Translations under genes and position numbers: made by a program
Shown here: positions 56,407-64,000 of the stretch, in pieces
Layout: each line of letters opens with the position of its first letter
Position numbering within the stretch: position 1 is the stretch's first letter
Assembly (NCBI GenBank): GCA_963836185.1
Contig: CAWIIQ010000001.1
Location: 160,001-224,000, forward strand
Direction of reading: 5' to 3'
From: Candidatus Krumholzibacteriia bacterium
GTDB lineage: Bacteria > Krumholzibacteriota > Krumholzibacteriia > Krumholzibacteriales > Krumholzibacteriaceae
Length of the DNA stretch: 64,000 nucleotides
The notes under the pieces: generated by a model
The model's input: only the letters and a program-made list of their open reading frames with translations
Database searches by the model: none
Told to the model about the DNA's origin: nothing

Positions 56407-58126
56407 TTATTCCAGGTTCAGGTAATGCTCCGGCCAGTCGCCGGGGAACGCGATCGTGTAACTTACCCTGATCTCAATTTTTTCACCGGCCGCGGGATTG
56501 AGGTTCCATGTCGTGATACCGTCTTCGCGGCTCTCGTCCGGCTTAAGCGATATGTCGACATCATCGACCTTGACCTCTTTCATCGTTGATACTGGGATCC
56601 TGTCCTGGAGGACGATCTCGGTCGCTTCCTTCTTGAAATTCTCGAGGGTTATCAGGTAGTGGTACCTGATCTTCTTCCACTTCTTTCCTTCCTTCTCGAC
56701 ATACTCGCGTTTCTCGAGCTTGTGCTCGACCTTCACGTTCTGGTCGACTCCAAGATGCAGGGGAAACTCCTGCCCGTCGGCGAAGGTCTCGAGGGGCTGC
56801 CTGCCGACGAATGTCGAGCTCTTGCCCCCGCCCGGCGCCTCTGTATCGATGTAGACCTCAGCGATGCCGGCGAGGATCGGTGCGCCTAGCGAATTGGTGA
56901 CGAGCCCCTTGATGAAGACGTCATCTGCGCAGCCTCGGAGCGGTGTAAAGCGAAAGTTCGGCGGGCATCGTCCCTTCGGTGATTCGGATACGCTTCGAAT
57001 CGGCCCCCGACACAAGATCGACCATGGCCGGTACCCTGAAGCTCGCGGCGAACTCTGAAGAGAAGATCTCCGCTTCAAAATGATCGGCGCGTCCCCCGCG
57101 TACGTGGTCCTCGTCTCCGGTTTTAACGATACCGCCCCTGTCAGCGACCGGCTCGACCATATCGTGCGATTCCATTTCCATCATCTGCGCCTTCTTCGCC
57201 CTTGGCATTATCCTGCTGAGGTAGTGCGGCTGCAGCTCGGGAGGCGCGGCGCCGGCATGCGGCATCGCGGTCGACAGTGTGATATCCACACCATTCCAGT
57301 CCTCTCCCGTACTCTGTTTGATCCTCGAGTTATAGACGAGAGCTACACCCTTGCTGCCGGGATCGAAGCTGATCCTGTACTCGGGTACCCATGCCGTTCC
57401 CGGGACGATATATTTCAGTTCCAGGGTCAGTTCCCCGGCCGATTCCACCGCGCAGTCGATGGCCACACGGTAACCCGTGCGCGTGCCCCGTTTCACCAGA
57501 TCTAGCTCCTGCCTTATCCAGGCTATGTCCTTGCTGATATCCTGTTTCTTCAGGTTAAGCGAGTAGATCTTCGCGTCGGAACCTGTTCTCTCATTCTGGA
57601 GAAAATCCATAAGGGCCTTCCAGCCCTCCACCTGGAATATCTCAGCCGGAAACTCTTCCGACGGCTTCTGCTGCATCGGCAGTTTGCCGAGCTGTTCGAC
57701 AAACTGCAGGCGGATCTGCAGCGCGTTTATTTCTATATCGATCGAGTCCCTGCGTATCGCGAGCGTCTCGAGCTTCTCGAACAGTTCGGTATACCTCGGA
57801 TTTTCGGCAGGGTCATCCTGGACACGGATCACATCGGTGCCGATGATGCTGACCGCCGCGGAACCGTGCCCCTCGACCTGGAGGGAGGAGGTATTGAAGC
57901 TGTGCGGCAGGTCATCGCATACGATGCGTACCTGCCCGGCCTTGAGTGAGAGCTTGCCCGATCGTGTGACCTGGGCCTGGTTCTTGTAGACCGTCGCGGA
58001 TATGATATCGGTCTTCAGCGCTGCTTCCTTCTGCTTGCCCGCGAAGCTGCCGGAAGATGCGGCCGCGGTAATGAGGATCAGCGCGATAAGGATGCCCGGC
58101 AGATATCGATTGAATGAAAACGACAT
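56407..58126 (-). CDS. DUF4139/DUF4140 (mucoidy inhibitor MuiA-like) secreted protein (frameshift near 56930)
   Basis: ATVYKNQAQVTR, coiled coil, WVPEY, QSTGEDW, LSTAMP, FVGRQ, LGVD, LQDRIPVS. Confidence 0.87.
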
Positions 58127-58159
58127 TTCTTCCCCCTTGGTTGAATATTGCCTCCATTG

Positions 58160-58205
58160 AAAACTGAAAACGCCGGGATGTCAATCCGAATGGACATCCC
58201 GGCGT
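58160..58205 (-). terminator. Intrinsic terminator ~35 nt upstream of the DUF4139 start
   Basis: 13-bp stem ACGCCGGGATGTC/GACATCCCGGCGT followed by TTTCAGTTTT on the minus strand. Confidence 0.78.
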
Positions 58206-58322
58206 CTCCTGCTACCGCGGGCGGTCTATGTAGCACTAACGCTGGGTGGAACGGTCGGTCGGGCGTCAGCAAATATCTATTTTATGGATGGCAAATGCGA
58301 TCGTGGTATCGAAGTGGGTCGT
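58160..58322 (-). ncRNA. Candidate ~160-nt sRNA or transcription attenuator
   Basis: Lies between a near-consensus promoter and a strong intrinsic terminator. It contains two hairpins with C-rich loops and no convincing ORF. Confidence 0.5.
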
Positions 58323-58328
58323 TGATTA

Positions 58329-58357
58329 AATATAATGAACTCAGGGCGCGAAGTCAA
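58329..58357 (-). promoter_or_regulatory. sigma70 promoter (minus strand)
   Basis: TTGACT (58357-58352), 17 nt, TATATT (58334-58329). Confidence 0.7.
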
Positions 58358-58460
58358 ATCCGTGGCAGGCGGGGATATGCCGCCCCCCCCGCCTATAGTA
58401 GCATTATTCGCAACGATATAAGTTGAACGCGGTCCTTCCAGGCTGTATCCTTCTTCTGTC

Positions 58461-59807
58461 ATGATATCCAACAACGACATAATACTCGACAGTATTGCCG
58501 ATGGAGTCTTCACCATCGATCTCGACTGGCGTGTCACATCCTTCAATGCAGCCGCCGAGAGGATCACGGGGATGTCGAGGGAAGAAGCGGTCGGGAAATT
58601 CTGCGCCGAGGTCTTCAGGGCGACCGTATGCGAGGATTCGTGTGTTCTGCGCAGGACGATGGAGTCCGGTGAGCAGGTGATCAACGAGGAGATCTCGATC
58701 GTACGCTCAGATGGTGAGACGATACCGGTGAGTATCTCCACCGCGCTGCTGAGGGATGCCGATGGAGAGATCGTCGGCGGCGTCGAGACATTCCGTGACC
58801 TCTCGATGATCGCCGAGCTTCGCAAGGAGCTCCGCGCCTCCCGCACATTTCACGATATCATCAGCAAGAACCACCGGATGTTCGACCTGTTCGACATCAT
58901 GCCCGACCTCGCAGAGAGCGAGAGCACGGTCCTTATCGTCGGTGACAGCGGTACGGGCAAGGAGCTCTTCGCGAGGGCCGTTCACGACCTCAGCCCGAGA
59001 AGCGCCGACCCGATCATAACGGTCAATTGCGGAGCGCTGCCTGACACCCTTCTCGAGGCGGAGCTGTTCGGATACCGCCAGGGCGCTTTCACCGATGCCC
59101 GCAAGGACAAGCCCGGCAGGTTCGCGCTGGCGGAGGGGGGGACGATCTTCCTCGACGAGATCGGGGATATATCTCCCGCCACCCAGGTGAAACTACTCCG
59201 CGTCCTGCAGGATCGGGTCTATGAGCCTCTCGGGGCGACCGAGTCGGTGAAGGCCGATGTGAGGGTCATCGCGGCGACGAACAGGGACCTCGACGCGATG
59301 GTCGAGGAGGGGACGTTCAGGCGGGACCTCTACTACAGGATCAATGTCGTCCGCCTGAGGATCCCGCCCCTGCGGGAGCGGAGGGAGGATATCCCTCTTC
59401 TCGTCGATCATTTCATCGGGAGGTTCAACCGGCTGCGCGGCCGTGATGTCACCGGGGTGACGGCGGAAGTGATGTCGGCGCTGATGGGGCATGACTATCC
59501 CGGGAACGTGAGGGAACTGGAGAATATCATAGAGCATGCCTTTGTTCTCTGCCGCTCGGGCATGATCGGTATGCGTCATCTGCCCGACAGGTTCAGGCTC
59601 GATGAAGGGGAAGCGCGGCCGGTCGACACCGCCAGCCTGCCGGAGCTCGAGGGACGTTTCATCCTCGAGGCGCTCAAGAGGAATGGATGGAACAGGGAGC
59701 AGACCGCTCGCGAGCTCGGTATGCACAAGACGACCCTGTGGAGAAAGATCAGGCGCCTTGGCATCGAGCTTCCCTCCAGGGACGGCAGGAACCGCCTTCC
59801 GACCTGA
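58461..59807 (+). CDS. PAS-domain sigma54-dependent activator, OrpR-like
   Basis: PAS with CX8CX3C, GDSGTGKE, ELFG..GAFTDA, FLDEIG, PGNVREL and a Fis-type HTH. Confidence 0.9.
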   Translation: MISNNDIILDSIADGVFTIDLDWRVTSFNAAAERITGMSREEAVGKFCAEVFRATVCEDSCVLRRTMESGEQVINEEISIVRSDGETIPVSISTALLRDADGEIVGGVETFRDLSMIAELRKELRASRTFHDIISKNHRMFDLFDIMPDLAESESTVLIVGDSGTGKELFARAVHDLSPRSADPIITVNCGALPDTLLEAELFGYRQGAFTDARKDKPGRFALAEGGTIFLDEIGDISPATQVKLLRVLQDRVYEPLGATESVKADVRVIAATNRDLDAMVEEGTFRRDLYYRINVVRLRIPPLRERREDIPLLVDHFIGRFNRLRGRDVTGVTAEVMSALMGHDYPGNVRELENIIEHAFVLCRSGMIGMRHLPDRFRLDEGEARPVDTASLPELEGRFILEALKRNGWNREQTARELGMHKTTLWRKIRRLGIELPSRDGRNRLPT

Positions 59808-59971
59808 GCCAGCCTGTATATGTTTGCATAGATGCACACATAGGGATAAATTTACAGTAGCGTATATGCAACCCTATGGTTGTTTGATGCAGTATTCCGC
59901 CACGATTGTAATTCCAGTAACACATTGATAAAATATCTGATACAGGGTTAGTGCCTGTGAATGTCTTGTCC

Positions 59972-59986
59972 GGGCACGAAAGATGC
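59972..59986 (+). promoter_or_regulatory. sigma54 -24/-12 promoter of the ORP cluster
   Basis: GGGCACG-AAAG-ATGC versus consensus TGGCACG-N4-TTGC, located ~28 nt before the first ORP gene and downstream of a sigma54 activator. Confidence 0.6.
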
Positions 59987-60013
59987 CTTGCGTTGTGGTG
60001 AGGCATATTTGCA

Positions 60014-60441
60014 ATGAAAGTAGCATTACCAATAAGAAATGGCAGGATCTCACCGGTCTTTGACGTGGCCGTCCGTATCATCATGGTCGAATTCGATGGG
60101 GGGAGCCTGCTGGACGCTCTGAATTCTCGATCAGGGAGAGCGGCGGCGAGGTGAGGGTCGAATTGCTCGAGGAGCTGGGAGTGACGACCCTGATCTGCGG
60201 CGCGATCTCGAACCAGACCGCCCGTATCGTCGAGCGCTCCGGCATCGAGTTGATGCCATGGTTCGTCGGAGAGATCGACGAAGTCATAGAGGCTTATCGC
60301 ACAGGCTCGCTCGACAGCGAAAGCTTCATAATGCCCGGATGCAGGCGCGGACGGGGAAACAGGCAGGAAAACAGACAGGGAAGAAGATTCAGCTGCCACG
60401 GTGAGAACCGTATGGGCGGCGGAAGGAGGAACAGGGAGTGA
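60014..60441 (+). CDS. NifB/NifX (Di-Nase) family protein (frameshift about 60100-60140)
   Basis: MKVALPIRNGRISPVFDVA..., then LGVTTLICGAIS...FIMPGC in ORF 60151..60441. Confidence 0.8.
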
Positions 60442-60800
60442 AGATAGCTATCTCAGCAGCCGGGAGAAACCCGGACAGTCCGATGGATGCCCGGTTCGGA
60501 AGGGCCGGATACTTCCAGATATTCGATGCCGATACAGGTGAATACGAGATCATCGACAACACCACATGCAGGGACGCGATGCAGGGGGCGGGTGTCCAGG
60601 CGGGCGAGCTTGTCGCCAACCAGGGAGTGTCCGTTCTCATCACGGGGCACTGCGGGCCGAAGGCCTTCAGGGTACTTGCCGGCGCCGGTGTCAAGGTGTT
60701 GCTTTGCGGTGGCGGAACGGTGGAAAACGCACTGGAAAAATACAGGAATGGCAGCCTCGAAGAGGCAGCCGGACCGGATGTTGACGGCCATTGGGGCTGA
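60438..60800 (+). CDS. NifB/NifX family protein (Orange-protein-like)
   Basis: MKIAISA, DARFGRAGYF, GAGVQA, ITGHCGPKAF, GHW. Confidence 0.9.
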   Translation: MKIAISAAGRNPDSPMDARFGRAGYFQIFDADTGEYEIIDNTTCRDAMQGAGVQAGELVANQGVSVLITGHCGPKAFRVLAGAGVKVLLCGGGTVENALEKYRNGSLEEAAGPDVDGHWG

Positions 60801-60814
60801 AAGGAGGCAGTGAC

Positions 60815-61213
60815 ATGCCAGGAGGAGACAGGACAGGACCGAGAGGTGAAGGATCGAAAACAGGAAGGGCTGCGGGCTACTGCAGCGGAAATGATTCCCC
60901 CGGGTCCGCCAATGCGGGACCGGGCTATGGAGGAAGAGGCGTCCGCGGCGGAGCGGGCGGCGGTATGCGCGGAGGAATGGGCGGCATGATGGGTGGCGGA
61001 CGCGGCAGGGGGTACAGGCACATCTACCATGCTACCGGACTTCCCCTGTGGATGCGCGGCGGAAGGTATCCTGCGGATCAGGGCGGCACTGTCCGTGCGG
61101 CTGACGATATCGAATCCCTGAAGGAGGAAGCTGATCTTCTCGAGGCGAGGCTGAAGTCGATAATCGACAGGATCAGGGATCTCGGAACGGATTCCGGGAA
61201 GGATAACGGCTGA
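60815..61213 (+). CDS. DUF5320 family protein
   Basis: MPGGDRTGPRGEG.KTGRAAGYC, Gly/Arg-rich tract, YHATGLPLW and a C-terminal coiled coil. Confidence 0.85.
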   Translation: MPGGDRTGPRGEGSKTGRAAGYCSGNDSPGSANAGPGYGGRGVRGGAGGGMRGGMGGMMGGGRGRGYRHIYHATGLPLWMRGGRYPADQGGTVRAADDIESLKEEADLLEARLKSIIDRIRDLGTDSGKDNG

Positions 61214-61216
61214 TCT

Positions 61217-62116
61217 ATGAGAATAGCTGTTGCAAGCGGCAAGGGGGGAACGGGAAAGACAACCGTAGCAGTCAACCTGGCCGTTTCGGCTGCGAGAGTT
61301 GGCCTCCGGGCGGCGTATGTGGATTGCGACGTGGAGGAGCCGAACGGTCACATTTATCTCAAGCCCGAGAAAGGTCTTTCCCTCCCCGTTGCCGTCGAGG
61401 TTCCCGGCATCGACGAAACAAAATGCACCGTTTGCGGTAAATGCGGCAGTATCTGCGAGTTCAGGTCGATTGCCGTACTGGGTGACCGCGTGATGGTCTT
61501 TCCAGAGCTGTGCCACGGCTGCGGCGGGTGTTTCCTGGTATGCCCGGTCGATGCGCTCAGAAGAGAAAAGCGTCTTGCCGGAAGGGTCGAAACAGGAATT
61601 TCAAAGATCGCCTCGAACGGCGGCGGCCGTTCCGGTCCCGTGGAGAATGCAGATATCTCATTTGTGCAGGGGATCCTCAGGGTGAAGGAAGCGATGCCTC
61701 TGCCGGTCATCCGTGAGGTGAAAAAGCTGATTCCAGACCGGGATATCGTTATTGTCGACTGTCCGCCGGGTAACTCCTGCCCGATGGTAGAATCGGTACG
61801 TGGTGCGGACAGGGTGATCCTGGTCACCGAGCCGACACCGTTCGGTCTCAACGATCTTGAGATCGCCCTTGAGACGGTCAGAGAAATGGGTATCCCGGTC
61901 GATATAATAATGAACCGGTGCGATTCCGAAAGGGAGATCCCGGTTTTGAATATCGGCGGCGCAAGAGCCGAAGTGATAGCGAGGATCCCTGAATCCTGCG
62001 AGATGGCCCGGATCGGGTCTACGGGGGGGATGGCTTCCCTCGAATCGGCTGAATTCGAAGAAATCATGAAAAAGGTCCTGGAAAAGATCCTGCGGGCTTC
62101 AAGGGGGGCGCGGTGA
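61217..62116 (+). CDS. MinD/ParA-type P-loop ATPase with inserted 2x[4Fe-4S] domain
   Basis: [57 protein letters not shown]. Confidence 0.92.
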   Translation: MRIAVASGKGGTGKTTVAVNLAVSAARVGLRAAYVDCDVEEPNGHIYLKPEKGLSLPVAVEVPGIDETKCTVCGKCGSICEFRSIAVLGDRVMVFPELCHGCGGCFLVCPVDALRREKRLAGRVETGISKIASNGGGRSGPVENADISFVQGILRVKEAMPLPVIREVKKLIPDRDIVIVDCPPGNSCPMVESVRGADRVILVTEPTPFGLNDLEIALETVREMGIPVDIIMNRCDSEREIPVLNIGGARAEVIARIPESCEMARIGSTGGMASLESAEFEEIMKKVLEKILRASRGAR

Positions 62117-62994
62117 TGAAGGAACTAGTGGTGATCAGCGGAAAAGGGGGAACGGGCAAGACGAGCATTGCGGCTTCACTGATCGCCCTGTCGGGCCGTG
62201 TTGTCGCCGCCGACTGTGATGTCGATGCGGCCAACCTCAATCTTGTCGTAAAGCACGATGTGCGCAGGAGTACACCCTTCCAGGGCGGTAAAAAAGCCGT
62301 CATCGACGAAACCCTCTGTTCGTCATGCGGAGAGTGCGAGAAACTGTGTCGATTCGACGCCATCAGCAGTCATAACAGCAGGTTTCATATAGATAAATTC
62401 GCTTGTGAAGGGTGCGGCGTATGTGCATATTTCTGTCCCGAACGAGCCATAGAACTGCATGTCGAGGATGGCGGAGAGTGGTTCCTCTCCGATACGGATT
62501 CTGGGCCGATGGTCCATGCCAGGCTCGTGCCGGGCGGAGAGAATTCGGGAAAGCTCGTCACGATCGTCCGCAATGAGGCGAAGAGCGCGGCTGCGGCCGG
62601 TGGATTCCGCACCATCCTCGTCGATGGAGCTCCAGGAATAGGATGTCCGGTAATAGCTTCGATCACAGGCGCTGATGCCGTGCTTATAGTGGTCGAGCCA
62701 ACGCTGTCCGGGATGCATGACATGAAGCGTGCCCTTGAGCTTGCCGGGTATTTCGGCGTAAAGGCATTGCTGGCTGTTAATAAATACGATATCAACGAGG
62801 AGATCGCATCGGAGATCTCCGAATACGCTGCCGGCAGGGGAGTACCCGTTGCGGGCCGTGTACGATACGATCCCGACGTTACGCGAGCCCAGATCAATGG
62901 GATGAGCGTCGTCGAATACTCCGACGGGCCGGCCGCAGCCGATATAAGGCGTCTCCGGGAGGCTGTCGTCGAACACCTGGCACTGGAGGAATGA
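62113..62994 (+). CDS. Second MinD/ParA-type ATPase with 2x[4Fe-4S] domain
   Basis: [57 protein letters not shown]. Confidence 0.92.
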   Translation: MMKELVVISGKGGTGKTSIAASLIALSGRVVAADCDVDAANLNLVVKHDVRRSTPFQGGKKAVIDETLCSSCGECEKLCRFDAISSHNSRFHIDKFACEGCGVCAYFCPERAIELHVEDGGEWFLSDTDSGPMVHARLVPGGENSGKLVTIVRNEAKSAAAAGGFRTILVDGAPGIGCPVIASITGADAVLIVVEPTLSGMHDMKRALELAGYFGVKALLAVNKYDINEEIASEISEYAAGRGVPVAGRVRYDPDVTRAQINGMSVVEYSDGPAAADIRRLREAVVEHLALEE

Positions 62995-64000
62995 TGAACG
63001 ACAAGATGGAAAAAGAGAAGCTCGACAAGAGGCTAGCCAGGATCAAGCACAAGATCCTTATCCTTTCCGGAAAGGGAGGGGTCGGCAAGAGCACTGTGGC
63101 AGTCAATTTCGCAGTTGCTCTCGCGGCAGCGGGCAAAAAGGTCGGATTGCTCGATGTAGACATACATGGCCCCAGCGTTCCCAAGATGCTCGGCCTCGAG
63201 AACATGCCCCTCCACGGGACAGGCGAATCGATCTCCCCTCTGGAGGTCGGTGATAACCTGCGGGTCATGTCGATAGGACTGCTCCTCAGGGATACAGACG
63301 ACGCGGTGATCTGGCGCGGCCCGATGAAGATGGGAGTAATAAAGCAGTTCCTCTCCGATGTGGAATGGGGAGATCTCGATTACCTCGTGATAGATTCCCC
63401 GCCGGGAACCGGAGACGAACCCCTCTCTGTCGCACAGCTCATTCCCGATGCGGACGGCGCCGTGATCGTAACGACTCCCCAGAGCGTGGCTCTTATAGAT
63501 GTCCGTAAATGCGTCACATTCTGCAGACAGCTGAACATTCCCGTGATCGGAGTCGTTGAGAACATGAGCGGGTTTGTCTGCCCGCACTGCGGCGAGAAGA
63601 CCGATCTCTTCAAGACCGGCGGAGGCGGGGAGATGGCGGATGATATGGAGATCCCGTTCCTCGGAGCGGTCCCCTTCGATCCCGCGATCGTGCTTGCGGC
63701 CGACCAGGGCGAGCCGTTTGTCATCAAGCATCCCGAAACTGAGACGGGCAAGATCTTCGCGGCTCTTGTCGCCCCTCTGCTGTCATTGAAAAAACGCGAA
63801 GTCGCCGCGGTATCTTCCGCCTGCGGAAGCTGCTCGTCATGCTCCGACGGGGCGGGAACGATGAAGATCGCGGTCCCGGTCGACAGCGGCAGGGTGAGCG
63901 GCCATTTCGGGCACGCGGAAAAGTTCGCGATATTCGATGTGGACTGTTCCAGCAACGCGATCACCGGTTCGAGCGAGGCCTCACCGCCTCCTCACGAGGA
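62991..64000 (+). CDS. Mrp/NBP35 Fe-S carrier ATPase with C-terminal NifB/NifX domain (MrpORP-like), runs off the window end
   Basis: Manual translation gives [49 protein letters not shown], then MKIAVPV...[10 protein letters not shown]. Confidence 0.9.
   Translation, partial: MMNDKMEKEKLDKRLARIKHKILILSGKGGVGKSTVAVNFAVALAAAGKKVGLLDVDIHGPSVPKMLGLENMPLHGTGESISPLEVGDNLRVMSIGLLLRDTDDAVIWRGPMKMGVIKQFLSDVEWGDLDYLVIDSPPGTGDEPLSVAQLIPDADGAVIVTTPQSVALIDVRKCVTFCRQLNIPVIGVVENMSGFVCPHCGEKTDLFKTGGGGEMADDMEIPFLGAVPFDPAIVLAADQGEPFVIKHPETETGKIFAALVAPLLSLKKREVAAVSSACGSCSSCSDGAGTMKIAVPVDSGRVSGHFGHAEKFAIFDVDCSSNAITGSSEASPPPHE

Noticed and set aside
60014-64000. NifB/NifX domains as evidence of nitrogen fixation
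   Set aside because: No nifHDK genes are present in the window, and the context is the ORP cluster.

Overview
GC-rich bacterial chromosomal window from a probable anaerobic, proteolytic FCB-superphylum bacterium. Secreted proteins with 'QNxPNPFNPxT' FlgD-Ig tails suggest a Krumholzibacteriota/Latescibacterota-like lineage (inference). Many otherwise intact genes carry 1-nt indels, typical of unpolished long reads, so several ORF-track calls are split or falsely fused. In order, the window holds: glgP; nrdDG under a cobalamin riboswitch and tandem NrdR boxes; gdhA; a fibre-like surface protein pair; a PerR/Fur-led oxygen-defence operon; Rrf2 plus an Fe-S protein; a KamA-type radical SAM enzyme; a three-gene operon (membrane-anchored Lon-type protease with a duplicated extracytoplasmic domain, an unknown possibly sigma-like protein, and a zinc-finger anti-sigma-like protein); BlaI/BlaR1-ExbD; tricorn protease; ECF/anti-sigma; a secreted CHAT protease with a ~2,800-aa matrixin surface protein; arfB; a pentaheme cytochrome and a Cyc2-like cytochrome-porin; sppA, S9 peptidase and ggt; a DUF4139 gene preceded by a candidate sRNA or attenuator; and an OrpR/sigma54-controlled ORP cluster. 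The best candidate for an undescribed system is the receptor-Lon / sigma-like / anti-sigma triad at 19.3-24.4 kb. I found no rRNA, tRNA, CRISPR array or transposase.
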